From a bacterium (GTDB lineage: Bacteria > Planctomycetota > UBA11346), in assembly GCA_020047915.1 (NCBI GenBank), contig JAIFND010000026.1, positions 12,893 to 76,892 on the forward strand: a DNA stretch of 64,000 nucleotides. Direction: 5' to 3'. The notes under the pieces were generated by a model. That model made no database searches, had not been told where the DNA came from, and saw only the letters and a program-made list of their open reading frames with translations. Positions 1 through 9,183 of the stretch are shown piece by piece. The stretch's first letter is position 1. Every line of letters starts with the position of its first letter. Made by a program: the position numbers and the translations under genes.

Positions 1-1043
1 TCAGATGCGCTGGACTCCTGCTTTTTACCATGGAAAAATCCGGCGACCGCGGCGGACGCCGTCGCCAACAGTTTCCGCTCGCTCCTGGTGGCGATCGCGA
101 CCGAAACGAGGACGGGGAACGCGACGAGGAAGACGGTGAGCCCTACGGCTGCGCCCGGGAACAGGAACCTGCAAGCCGCCGCCGATAGCACCGCCAGGAC
201 CAAACCGACGCCCAACGACAGGATGTACGCCGGTCGGCGAGGGGGACCTCCGGCGGCCTCCGATCCCCACCGTTTCGGCGCCACGCCGCCGACGGTCATG
301 TGGTCCGGAGCGGCGAGGAGCTTCCGCCTGGTCCTCGCCAACAGGGCGTCCAAATGCCTCCGGTACGCCGCCTCGTGCTCGGGGTAGATCCCCGCGTACC
401 ACCTGAGGTAGTGCTGGAGGTAAAGGACCTCGACGATCCGCATGTACTCGTCCTTGCGGATCCGGTCGACTTCGCACCTGGAGCCGATGACCAGGAGAGA
501 GTATGCGGATTCAGCCGGCGCGGCCCTCGCCGCCTCGTCCAAGGACGGATGGTAGTAGGGAACGCTAGCGGCCAGCATTCCCTCGAACTCAAGCAGGCGC
601 ATGAGCGCCCGGGACTTCCGGCCCTCTGCGTCCACTTCCTCGGCGCCGTTTACCTCGGCCACGATGTAGCGGTACGGCAGCCCCTTCTCCGACAGGTACG
701 CGTGGAAACGGTCGGAGAAACTCCAGAACGCCCAATTTCCCCGCTGGCCGGGGAGGATGCAGATGTAGTCGACAAACACGATCGCCGGGCCCGCCATGTA
801 TGCGAACTGGAGATACCCGATCACCGTGGATCCGCGGCCGTCCTTGCGCACCAGGAGCAGGACTTTGAACAGGTCACCGGGGTATGTCGTGTCGTACTGG
901 TCCACCCAGTGGGATATCTCGTCGGCGTTGGTCTGGATGCTCTTGGGCGTGGAGTCCAGGTAGATTTTCAAGCCTTCCAGGTACTGAGGGCTTCGCGAAG
1001 ACTCGATTTCTTCGACAAAATAGGTGACCTGGGCTGCTTTCAT
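1..1043 (-). CDS. Hypothetical protein, partial: ATG at 1041-1043 and the frame stays open past position 1, so the 3' end lies outside the window. The C-terminal part has two hydrophobic, TM-like segments.
   Basis: The frame antisense to the listed + ORF 300..1049 has no stop anywhere from 1043 down to nt 1; I checked it codon by codon. The translation starts MKAAQVTYFVEEIESSRSPQYLEGLKIYLD and looks like a real protein with high GC3. It is missing from the ORF track, which I take to mean it has no in-window stop. It lies co-directionally downstream of the integrase. Confidence 0.4.
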   Translation of the reverse strand, partial: MKAAQVTYFVEEIESSRSPQYLEGLKIYLDSTPKSIQTNADEISHWVDQYDTTYPGDLFKVLLLVRKDGRGSTVIGYLQFAYMAGPAIVFVDYICILPGQRGNWAFWSFSDRFHAYLSEKGLPYRYIVAEVNGAEEVDAEGRKSRALMRLLEFEGMLAASVPYYHPSLDEAARAAPAESAYSLLVIGSRCEVDRIRKDEYMRIVEVLYLQHYLRWYAGIYPEHEAAYRRHLDALLARTRRKLLAAPDHMTVGGVAPKRWGSEAAGGPPRRPAYILSLGVGLVLAVLSAAACRFLFPGAAVGLTVFLVAFPVLVSVAIATRSERKLLATASAAVAGFFHGKKQESSAS

Positions 1044-1056
1044 CGATAATCCCTAG

Positions 1057-2025
1057 TTATCGATGGGCTGAGACCCTTTTGCGGAGCTCCGCTTTTCGCA
1101 GGATTTCCCGCTGGTCGTCGCGCGAGACGTGGGCGTAGATCTGCGTCGTCAGGATCGACCTGTGGCCGAGGACCTGCTGGATAGCCCTGATGTCGACCCC
1201 CGCGCCCGACAGCAACGACGCGAACGTGTGGCGGAACATATGAGGGGTGATTCGATCCTCGACGCCGGCGAGGGCGGCCATCGATCGGACGGCAGCCCTG
1301 GCGGACTGGTCGGAAACCCTTTTACCGTTGGGCCCGACGAAAAACGCGGAATCCATGCCGGAGAGACCGGGGAACGTGGCGGCACGTCGCTTGATGTATT
1401 TCCTGATCGCCGCCACCGCCAGAGCGTCCGTGATGGGGACCATCCGTTCCCGGTTGCCTTTCCCCATGACGACCACGGTACCGGAGTCGGCGTCGACGCC
1501 CCCGAGGGACAGGCCCACCAGTTCGGAGACCCGTATGCCGGTGAAGAGGAGCATGTTGAAGACGCACGCCCGCAGTGACTCCCGGTACCGCAGTTCCTCA
1601 GTATTAACGCCTGGCCCGCAGCGGGAAACGGCCCGTGCCATCGCGGCGACAGAGTCCAGCCTGATGCAGCGGGGGAGGTTGTCCGGCACCTGGACCCGCA
1701 CTCGCAACCCATGGAACGGCGACCGCTTGATAGAACCCTCCCGTTCCAGGTGGGAGAAAAACGACTTGAGAACGGCGAGTTTCCTCCGGGTCGTCCGGGG
1801 CTTGTACTTGAGTTTCAGCGACTCAGTCAATCGCAGGACGCGACCTCGGCCGATGGCCGTCACGTCTGCGCGTTCCTTGGCTGTGAGATTTCCAGCCAGG
1901 CCTGCGAGGTCGCTGCCGTAGGCATAGACCGTCTTTCCCGATAATCCCCGCTCGTCCGAGCAAAATTTGATGAATTTGCGGGTAGCCCTGACATAGGACA
2001 CCGTCGTTGTCGTGTTTGTGTGCAT
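1057..2025 (-). CDS. Tyrosine site-specific recombinase of the XerC/XerD/phage-integrase family
   Basis: 322 aa. The C-terminal catalytic region reads HMFRHTFASLLSGAGVDIRAIQQVLGHRSILTTQIYAHV (H-x-x-R ... Y). Box I is LLFTGIRVSELVGL, and there is a GKGNRERMVPI motif. Confidence 0.9.
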   Translation of the reverse strand: MHTNTTTTVSYVRATRKFIKFCSDERGLSGKTVYAYGSDLAGLAGNLTAKERADVTAIGRGRVLRLTESLKLKYKPRTTRRKLAVLKSFFSHLEREGSIKRSPFHGLRVRVQVPDNLPRCIRLDSVAAMARAVSRCGPGVNTEELRYRESLRACVFNMLLFTGIRVSELVGLSLGGVDADSGTVVVMGKGNRERMVPITDALAVAAIRKYIKRRAATFPGLSGMDSAFFVGPNGKRVSDQSARAAVRSMAALAGVEDRITPHMFRHTFASLLSGAGVDIRAIQQVLGHRSILTTQIYAHVSRDDQREILRKAELRKRVSAHR

Positions 2026-2154
2026 GTGTGCCGGGCAGCGTCGCCATGGCCCAGGCGGCGGAACTGTGCCGCCGCTGGCCGTCGGCGCCCGTGTTTCGTC
2101 GGATTTGTGACGGGGGCTGTCCGGAATACCAACTGCAGGCCGGCGCGCCGGCCG

Positions 2155-2433
2155 TTAGCCGCCGCGTTCTGCCTTCTCGAACCACTCTTGCACGACCGCC
2201 GGCGAATTGGCGACGCCGGCGAGCAGGTCGAACCGCTTGCGCTCCTTGGCAGTGAGCCCGAGCGGCTCCGCCCAGCGGTCGAGGCCCTTCATCGGTGGCC
2301 CGGCTTGGCCTTTGGCCACGCGGTAGGCGAACGAATGCGACTTGCCCAAGCCGATGGCCAGCGCGTAGGCGCGCAGCGTCATCTCGCGCCGCTCCAGGGA
2401 GGCGCGCAGGAACGTCCCGAATGTGTCTGCCAT
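2155..2433 (-). CDS. Small XRE/Cro-like helix-turn-helix DNA-binding protein, copy A of an inverted pair
   Basis: 92 aa, MADTFGTFLRASLERREMTLRAYALAIGLGKSHSFAYRVAKGQ. It is about 90% identical to the 7465..7737 product at both protein and DNA level. Confidence 0.7.
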   Translation of the reverse strand: MADTFGTFLRASLERREMTLRAYALAIGLGKSHSFAYRVAKGQAGPPMKGLDRWAEPLGLTAKERKRFDLLAGVANSPAVVQEWFEKAERGG

Positions 2434-2478
2434 CCTCCGAGCCTAGCCGTCCGGAGGCTCCCAGCACCCTCCGGGCTT

Positions 2479-2502
2479 GGTTTTCACCGAAACAGTGAAA
2501 CC
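2479..2502. promoter_or_regulatory. Palindromic operator-like site ggttttcaccgaaacagtgaaacc (half-sites GTTTCAC / GTGAAAC), about 46 bp upstream of HTH copy A
   Basis: Read from the sequence as an imperfect inverted repeat. The paralogous copy has a matching palindrome at the same offset. Confidence 0.5.
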
Positions 2503-3067
2503 TAGATCGGCAGAGGAGGGGAGAACATGCCGCCGGACATCGCCTGCCAGACTGGATTATTCGAGGAAAAGACGTATAATCGCGACCGTTTCTATCCCTT
2601 ACCCGTCCACCAGTTCCGCGAGGGCCTTCTTCCCTTCGCCGGCATCCACGGCCCGCGACAGCGCGCGGCAAAATACCGGGACGCGCATCGCCGGGAGGTG
2701 CGGGGCGGCTTCGCGGAACCAAGCCTCGTGGAACGCCCTCGAACACAGCAATGCGGCCCACCGTTCCGGAGAGCCCCCGAAGCCGGCTTCCAGCAAATAT
2801 GCGGCCAAGTGGCGCCAGTCCTTATGTGCAGACGGAGTGCCCGGGGCGAGTTCGGCCGGGGCGAGGAAGTCTCTCAAGGCGTCCGCGAGACCGGGGCCGG
2901 ATATGGCGTCGAGTGGGGAGGGGAGTCGCCCGTTGCCCGACTGCATCGGAATGCGGTTATGCGGCGTATCGGGATTATACCGGCAACCGGGGGCGAATCC
3001 AAATCCGAGCCCAATCACCCCGGCCTAGCCGATATGGCCATCGGGAACGGGCGGCTACGCTCCCGGA

Positions 3068-4222
3068 ATGACCGATGACGATACACGGCGGCCATCCGGA
3101 TCGGCTCCGGTGGCTTGGCGGGCGATGCGTTGGGTCCTCTATGGGGTTGCTGCGGCCTATCTCGCGCTGAGCGCGGCTGCCGCATGGGGCCATGTTCACG
3201 GAAAGAATCTCAGGTTTCGGCAAGAACTGTTCAAGAACTCCCAATCCGAAGGCAGGAACGCGGATGCCTACCGTGGCGAGGTCGGTATGCCGATGGCGTC
3301 CATGGGATCCGAGAAATACCCGCTCACCAACGCCAGCCATCTGCTCCGAAACGGCGTGACGGTGCGCAACCTCGGCGTCGTTCATATGTACGGCTTTTTC
3401 CATGAGCACCGCTGTGCGGTTCTCGGCGCCGTGAAGCAGGCTGACGTCATCGCCGCGGAGCAAGGCACCTTCTTCGACCATTGCGAGGCCTATGCCAAGG
3501 CGAACGGGGTTGCGGTGGCAGACCTCGACGAATCGCGCAAGCGGAACCGGGCCGCCACCTGGGGGTTCATGATCAGAGCTGTCGACGCCTTGGTCGTCGT
3601 CGGCGTCGTCGTCGCCCTGTGTTTCATCTCCGTTCGGCGAATACCGGACAGATTTCCTCCGAGTCAGCGGTTTGGCTGGAAGCGTGCGCTGGAGGGGTTG
3701 CCGAACATGCGCAAGGCGTTCGGTTCGTGGCGGCGCGAGTGGCGGCGGCAAGCCGACGCGCGCAAGGCCAACCCGTTGCCCAAGCCGTCGTTTCGTGAAC
3801 AGGCAGCCGACATCCCCCTGATATTGCGAGGCATGGTCGCTCCGGGGCATCGGCCCGGGACCTGGGTGGCGGGGTCGGCGCTTGTCCTGATGCTCGGATC
3901 CCACGCCCAATTCACTTGGGGCGCCATCGACCCCACGGGGTCGCAGTTCACCAGTCCCAGTTCGCCGGCCCTGTCGCGGTGGGTCGACAGGTTCTCGGCG
4001 GACATCGAACCGCCGAGTGGGACGGAGCGTACCGTCGCCAACTCGGCGATGCTGCACGACTCCCGCTCGATGTTCGAGAATGCCAAGCGCATCGCGCAGG
4101 GCATGCCGCGCGGATCGAACCTGTTGGTCGTCACGGGCGACCGGCATGCGCGGGACTTCGAGCCCTGGTTCCTCGCGGACCGCGACTTCAGCGCGGCTCC
4201 GGCCGCCGGTGCGTCGCCATGA
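3068..4222 (+). CDS. Hypothetical membrane-associated protein
   Basis: 384 aa with diverse composition and high GC3. Two hydrophobic segments: WVLYGVAAAYLALSAAAAW and ALVVVGVVVALCFISV. The overlapping - ORF 2975..4315 looks like a shadow ORF. Confidence 0.5.
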   Translation: MTDDDTRRPSGSAPVAWRAMRWVLYGVAAAYLALSAAAAWGHVHGKNLRFRQELFKNSQSEGRNADAYRGEVGMPMASMGSEKYPLTNASHLLRNGVTVRNLGVVHMYGFFHEHRCAVLGAVKQADVIAAEQGTFFDHCEAYAKANGVAVADLDESRKRNRAATWGFMIRAVDALVVVGVVVALCFISVRRIPDRFPPSQRFGWKRALEGLPNMRKAFGSWRREWRRQADARKANPLPKPSFREQAADIPLILRGMVAPGHRPGTWVAGSALVLMLGSHAQFTWGAIDPTGSQFTSPSSPALSRWVDRFSADIEPPSGTERTVANSAMLHDSRSMFENAKRIAQGMPRGSNLLVVTGDRHARDFEPWFLADRDFSAAPAAGASP

Positions 4223-4368
4223 CATGATGATGGAGGCTTGCCGGCGTTGCTCGTCGCGCGGACCGCTGTGCGATTGCCGGCAGCAGGAGGCGCTTGGCGA
4301 TCTTCTGGACCGCATCCGGGGTGTACTGCCGGCGGACAGAGTTCTCGTCCGACTCGATGGCCAGCCGG

Positions 4369-5913
4369 CTAGTGTCTGCCGACGGCAATTTCCGCCTGCT
4401 TCCCGATCGCCGCCACGGCCTGGTCGTAGGCGAGTCCACCTCCCAGCATGAGGAGCCCGCGCCCCGCCATGCGGTTTCGCAGGTATGGCGCCATGTCTTC
4501 CGGCAACCCGCGCTCGTTTCGGTTCAGACGCAGGCGCATGCCGTCGTCCGGATTGAATAACTCGCCGGGCACGAACCCAAGCATCCGCTCCATCCCGGCG
4601 AGCGCGTCCTCCAAGGCCCGCGGAGTCGGCGACTCGGTGAACCGGACCTGCCGACCGCCGCGATGCGCCGCGGTCGCCGCCAGCGCGTCCTCGAACCGCT
4701 TGAGTTGCGGCCCGGTCAGGAAGCCCAGGCCCCGTCCGGAGAGCGCCTCCTCCCAGACGCGTACGGCCCGCCCTTCGCGGGCGACCTTCCCGGCATCGGC
4801 GCCGAAATTCTGGATCGGGTAGCCCGTACGCCCGGCGAGGGTTATCCCCGGTCGAGTCGCGTCGAAGGCGGCGAGGACTTTCCCTTGCCCGTCGAGCGCC
4901 TGCGTCTTCCCGTCGGTTCCCACAACCAGCCAGCCCCGCTCGCCGCGGAGGGCTGTCCGGCCGTCCTCCAACTGCACGGGCGCGACCCCCTCCCCCTTGG
5001 CGCCTACGAGGTCGCGCTGGGCCGCCAGCGACGCTTCGGCCATCCGGCGGTCTTTCCCGGGGGCGACCACGCGCAAGTACCTGTCCACCGCCTCGCCGCG
5101 GGTCGCGGCCAACCCGGCGACGCTGGCCAAGGCCTCCTCCCGCTTGGCGGGGTCAGCGATGCCGGCGGCAACTGCCTCCGCGTTGGCGGCGTACCAACCG
5201 GCCAGAAAACTCCTGCGCTCCATGGCGTCGGGGCGCTCCGCGGCCTCCCGACGGTAGGACTGGAAATCGGCGTCCGCCTGGCCGGCCGCGGCGGGATTCA
5301 GGTCGCGCAGGCGGGCCAGCAGGACGTCCGCCTTGCGGTCGGCCTCGGATAATTCCAGGACGCTTTCGACCTCCCTACGGTCCCGTTCCGCTCTAGCGCT
5401 CGTCACCGATGCTCCTGCCGAAGCCCATTCGCGGGCAGCATGTGCGTTCATCCCTTCGGGTGCCGTATCGGCGTCATTGGCCAGCCGCTTCAGCGCCGCC
5501 ATGCTCGCGTCCGCGTCGGTACCCTCGCGGGCGTCGTCGGCGAGTTCTCGCGCGATTTTGATAAGGTTCGCACGGGAAGCGAGCCCTAGGGCTCGCTCCG
5601 CGGCCTGAACGGCCGCGGAAATTCCCTCTTCGCCGACTTCCGGCGGCATCGGCCCGGCGGGGTCGATCATCACCAGTACGGCCGGAGCTTCCGCTCGGGA
5701 CGAGGCGAGTTCGGCGTCCCCTTCTGCCCTCATGGCCTTCGCTTTCTCCTCCCCTTTCCAAACTCGGTCCAGGCGCTCGGCGAACCGCTCCCGCGATTCG
5801 GCCTGCCGGACGGTTTCGGTCCCCGTCTCGGGTCCGCTGGATGTCTCGAAGGAGTCCTTCATGCCAGCCCATCGTGCCATACCCGGCGTGAGAAGGCAAA
5901 ATATGGCGGTCAC
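4369..5913 (-). CDS. Hypothetical protein of 514 aa, translationally coupled to the upstream secreted-protein gene
   Basis: Its start overlaps the stop of 5910..7373 in an ATGA arrangement (+ strand tcat at 5910-5913). High GC3. I did not recognise any domain. Confidence 0.5.
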   Translation of the reverse strand: MTAIFCLLTPGMARWAGMKDSFETSSGPETGTETVRQAESRERFAERLDRVWKGEEKAKAMRAEGDAELASSRAEAPAVLVMIDPAGPMPPEVGEEGISAAVQAAERALGLASRANLIKIARELADDAREGTDADASMAALKRLANDADTAPEGMNAHAAREWASAGASVTSARAERDRREVESVLELSEADRKADVLLARLRDLNPAAAGQADADFQSYRREAAERPDAMERRSFLAGWYAANAEAVAAGIADPAKREEALASVAGLAATRGEAVDRYLRVVAPGKDRRMAEASLAAQRDLVGAKGEGVAPVQLEDGRTALRGERGWLVVGTDGKTQALDGQGKVLAAFDATRPGITLAGRTGYPIQNFGADAGKVAREGRAVRVWEEALSGRGLGFLTGPQLKRFEDALAATAAHRGGRQVRFTESPTPRALEDALAGMERMLGFVPGELFNPDDGMRLRLNRNERGLPEDMAPYLRNRMAGRGLLMLGGGLAYDQAVAAIGKQAEIAVGRH

Positions 5914-7373
5914 TTCCCGAACTTCGCCTCCGCGAGGGCCACGACGTCTCGCCCTTTGGCGACGAGGGCCGGCGGAAGTAACGCGCCGTCTTCATCCAGG
6001 CACGTCCGCAATCGCGCCACGGCCTCCCGGCCGGCTGCGTCCAGGTCGGTCTTGCGCGGCCCGGCCCCTTCCTTGACCCATGCGTCGTAGGCGCCCAACG
6101 CGTCGCCCATGGTGCGGTTGATGCGTTTGGCCGCCCTGAGCCCCTTCTCGGATTGTTCCAAATCCGCCTTCGCGGCGTCGGCCTTCCTTTGCCATTCGTC
6201 GACGACCGACCAAGCGAGCGCCGGCGTCGGCGGTTCCCGGAACGCGGCGGCCACTGCCTCCTCGTCCTCCCTCCTGCCGTCGCTCCCCCGTGCTTCAGCC
6301 AAACCGGAGATCCCGTCGAGGGCGTCCATCGCCTGGGCTGGCGTGACCAACGGGTAGGCCCGTGATTCCCCGGCTGCTTTCCGCAGGGCGCGCCGGACTT
6401 CCGTCGGGACGCCCCATGCCCCAGTCGGGGATTCGTCGAGCAATGCCATGGCGGCGGCTCGGTGCTCAGTCCCCCCTTCCTCGAATCCGGCCGCCCGGGA
6501 GGCGGTCATGAGGCTCGCCATGCCGCCGGGCCCCGCGGCCGTCGAAACTGACGCGTAGATCGATCCGGCCCTGCGGATGGATACCACCTCCAACGTGTAG
6601 GCCGAGCGCAGCGCCTCGGGCCGTTTCCTGGCCATCCAGGCCACGGCCAGTGTGGCAAGGGCGTCTCGGCTTGGCGGCCTGCCCGCGGAACGCCGCGAAC
6701 CCCACTCCAAGGCGGCCGAGAGCTCCGCCTGGGCGACGGTCGGCAGGAACGGCGCCCCCCTTCCCTCCGCGCGAAATCGGGCCCAGGCCCGGACGGCCCT
6801 GGCGAAGCGGTCGCCCGCGGCTTCCGGCGACGACAGCCAGGCGCCCGCCGATGAACCGGCTTCCTCCAAGGCCCTGGACAGGCCTTCGGGCCTGGGCGTC
6901 CCGTCGGGCCTCGCGAAGGCGCGGTCCCCCAGAGCGGCCCTGGCGGCCGCGTAGGGCGCGTCGATGCCGTCCCGAAAGGCGATAGGCAGCCATGCGGACA
7001 GGGCGCCCGCCGAGGATCCGGGTTCCTGGAGGTCCGCTGCGGGGACGGCCGGGACCCGAAGGGCGCCCCCGTCGGCCGAGCCGGCGGGGTATGGAAGCGC
7101 GGCGAAGCGGCCCCGGCGCATTAGGACGGCGATGGCGGAACCATCCTCCTCCGCCTGGGCGGCGAACTTCGGATCCGTTCTGGCGCGATAGGAGGCCCGG
7201 GTTCGGAAACGCCCCCACGCCTCCGCCGCACGGGCGGCGTCCGTCGCCTCCTGGCTGCCCGCCGGGGCAGCGAAATTTTCGGGCGAACTCCAACCAGGTG
7301 CGGACGGCTCCTGGGAAGCCAGCCCGGCGGCCAATAGGAACAGCGCCACCGGTATCGTGGTGGACATGTGCAT
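5910..7373 (-). CDS. Secreted Ala-rich hypothetical protein with an N-terminal signal peptide
   Basis: The ORF track gives 5910..7421; the likely start is MHMSTTIPVALFLLAAGLASQEP, a signal-peptide-like N-terminus. ATGA coupling to the next gene. Divergent from HTH copy B. Confidence 0.5.
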   Translation of the reverse strand: MHMSTTIPVALFLLAAGLASQEPSAPGWSSPENFAAPAGSQEATDAARAAEAWGRFRTRASYRARTDPKFAAQAEEDGSAIAVLMRRGRFAALPYPAGSADGGALRVPAVPAADLQEPGSSAGALSAWLPIAFRDGIDAPYAAARAALGDRAFARPDGTPRPEGLSRALEEAGSSAGAWLSSPEAAGDRFARAVRAWARFRAEGRGAPFLPTVAQAELSAALEWGSRRSAGRPPSRDALATLAVAWMARKRPEALRSAYTLEVVSIRRAGSIYASVSTAAGPGGMASLMTASRAAGFEEGGTEHRAAAMALLDESPTGAWGVPTEVRRALRKAAGESRAYPLVTPAQAMDALDGISGLAEARGSDGRREDEEAVAAAFREPPTPALAWSVVDEWQRKADAAKADLEQSEKGLRAAKRINRTMGDALGAYDAWVKEGAGPRKTDLDAAGREAVARLRTCLDEDGALLPPALVAKGRDVVALAEAKFGK

Positions 7374-7395
7374 TCGGCGTCTCTCCGGCCGCAGA

Positions 7396-7418
7396 TGTTT
7401 GCACTTATTTGGTGCAAA
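7396..7418. promoter_or_regulatory. Palindromic operator-like site gtttgcac-ttatttg-gtgcaaac (8-bp arms, perfect), about 47 bp upstream of HTH copy B, in the divergent promoter region
   Basis: Perfect inverted repeat read from the sequence. Same position relative to the start codon as the palindrome of copy A. Confidence 0.55.
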
Positions 7419-7464
7419 CAAGCCCGGAGGGTGTCGGCGGCCCCCGCCCGACTAGGATCAGGGG

Positions 7465-7737
7465 ATGGCAGAGACATTCGGGACATTCCTGCGCGCCGCC
7501 CTGGAGCGGCGCGAGATGACGCTGCGCGCCTACGCGCTGGCCATCGGCTTGGGCAAGTCGCACTCGTTCGCCTACCGGGTGGCCAAAGGCCAGGCCGCTC
7601 CTCCGCTCAAGGACCTCGACCGCTGGGCGGAACCGCTGGCGCTGAGCGCCAAGGACCGGCGCCGGTTCGAGTTGCTCGCCGGCGTCGCCAATTCGCCGGC
7701 GGTGGTGCGGGAGTGGTTCGAGAAGGCTCGTCAGTGA
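7465..7737 (+). CDS. Small XRE/Cro-like HTH DNA-binding protein, copy B and the inverted paralog of 2155..2433
   Basis: 90 aa, MAETFGTFLRAALERREMTLRAYALAIGLGKSHSFAYRVAKGQ. Near-identical to copy A. Confidence 0.7.
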   Translation: MAETFGTFLRAALERREMTLRAYALAIGLGKSHSFAYRVAKGQAAPPLKDLDRWAEPLALSAKDRRRFELLAGVANSPAVVREWFEKARQ

Positions 7738-8221
7738 CGGCCAGGGACCGGTCGGCGTAGATGCGATTCGACCCGCAAGCCTCTCCGCGACATGGCGAGG
7801 TAGCTACGATCTCCTCTTGTCAAGTTTCGTCAGCGTCAGCATATGCGGCTTGACGCTTAAGCGGACGACATGGTCGGTCGAACACGGAATCTTCATCGCC
7901 AGGTTGAGCTTCATGCTGCCAAGTATCGACGTTGAGGCACGAAAGGGTCCGGACGGGGCCGTCAGGATAAAAGGCGGTCCGCCGGGCGTGCGACCGATTG
8001 AGATGGAACCGCTGCCTCGCGCAACAGATAAGTAGCGCCTCTCCTCCACCACAGATAGGCTGCCGGTGGACTTCTCGGCAACTGCACGACCGGCTATCCG
8101 AGTTGTCGCTAATCGGCAATCCTAAGAATCGGGGGACAGTCAGCGGCACGGTGTCCAGAATCGCCTGGAAACCGCCTTCCTGCCCTCTTGCCGCCCGCCT
8201 CCTGATCATCACCTTCCCCGA

Positions 8222-8885
8222 CGTGCCCAGGAAGTCTCACCGCATCTACGAGTTGAAGTTCGTCCTGGACGGCTCCAGATCCCAAGATCTGGCGGTCCTT
8301 CCGCTTTCCAGCCGATACCAGCCTCCGCGACCTGCACTACGTCCTCCAGATCGTGATGGACTGGACCAACTCGCACCTGCATGCCTTCCAGCACGAAGGC
8401 GACCGCTACGCCGAGCCTGGCCGGACTTCGAGATGGATGGTGCCGACATCGACACCGACGACGTGACGGTGGGCGAACTGCTGCGGAAGGTTGGTGACGA
8501 TCTGCTCTACGAGTACGACTTCGGCGATGGCTGGTCGCACACAGTCACCCTGTCGGCCATCCACTGCAATGCTCCACCCGAAGTCTGGTGCCTCGACGGC
8601 AAGCGAGCCTGCCCGCCTGAGGACTGCGGAGGGCCGATGGGCTACGAGCGACTACTCGGCATCCTGGCCAAGCCGAAGCATCCCGAGCACCACGACATGC
8701 ATGAATGGCTGGAGCCTGAGTACCCAGACGGCTTCTACTCCGAGGCGTTCGACCTTGATTTCGTCAATGAGCAGTTGGCCGATGGCCTCGAAGGTGTCAG
8801 GGCTGATTTTGAAAGCATTGACGAGGAGGACTTGGATTTAGGCACCAGGTTGTCCGTTTTCAAGCCTGCCGAGAACGCGGCCTGA
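8222..8885 (+). pseudogene. pRiA4b ORF-3-like / IS1096 TnpR-like protein (PF07929-type), disrupted by two frame changes
   Basis: The conserved family blocks are spread over two frames. IYELKFVLDGS is in the track frame. PKIWRSFRFPADTSLRDLHYVLQIVMDWTNSHLHAFQHEGDRYAEPG is in a second frame across about 8290-8410. The track frame then resumes with DFEMDGADIDTDDVTVGELL...YEYDFGDGWSHTVTL...CPPEDCGGPMGY. The only plausible start is a GTG at about 8222. Confidence 0.6.
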
Positions 8886-9183
8886 ATATCACGTCGATCC
8901 CAGGAATGTGCGTTGGATGGCCTAGATCCTGATGATGATGAAGACGACCTGGACGACGAGGATGCCAGCGACAACAAGCCTGCCGCCAAGGCCACCAACA
9001 TCATCAAGTTCCCGAAGCGGTAGAGCACACGGTCAACCGCACCACCTACGACAATGCAGAGGTAGGTGGTCCCGACCACCTACGCAGCGGTACGCAACAG
9101 CAGCACCTCACTCGCACGCGCTCCCGCTCACCACCCCGACCGCCACGCGCACACGAGGCAGAGGGACCTAATCATCTATCGTA

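Larger units (their letters stand above)
2150..2505. repeat. Inverted-repeat arm A, about 350 bp, carrying the HTH gene plus about 50 bp of its upstream region. The partner arm is at 7393..7745.
   Basis: The reverse complement of 2155-2433 aligns to 7465-7737 at about 90% nt identity. The similarity runs on upstream (caagcccggagggtg is shared) and decays just past the stop codons. Confidence 0.75.
7393..7745. repeat. Inverted-repeat arm B, partner of 2150..2505
   Basis: See arm A. Confidence 0.75.

Noticed and set aside
1017-1022. An apparent 1-nt discrepancy between the printed sequence and the ORF track: I count five A's where the track's protein implies four, and after that the track coordinates equal my hand count minus 1
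   Set aside because: Most likely a counting or formatting offset on my side. It does not change any feature call. Track coordinates are used throughout.
2975-4315. A 446-aa ORF on the minus strand, plus many other long ORFs such as 24224..25657 (+), 53113..55410 (+), 56637..59198 (+), 13643..14875 (+) and 40573..41337 (+)
   Set aside because: They are Arg/Gly/Pro-rich antisense or off-frame shadows of better genes (3068..4222, the TGase operon, pgi, glgP, RHS). That is expected in about 68% GC DNA, and they carry no motifs.
8960-9022. A possible 36-aa acidic peptide (DGLDPDDDEDDLDDEDASDNKPAAKATNIIKFPKR) from a TTG start
   Set aside because: No canonical start or RBS, and very low complexity. 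It is more likely non-coding, or the out-of-frame remnant of the adjacent pseudogene.
9041-9083. A 9-bp stem hairpin ACCACCTAC-N12-GTAGGTGGT with a third half-site copy, downstream of the pRiA4-like pseudogene
   Set aside because: No U-tract and no second copy elsewhere in the window. It may be a terminator or recombination site, but the evidence is too thin to call.
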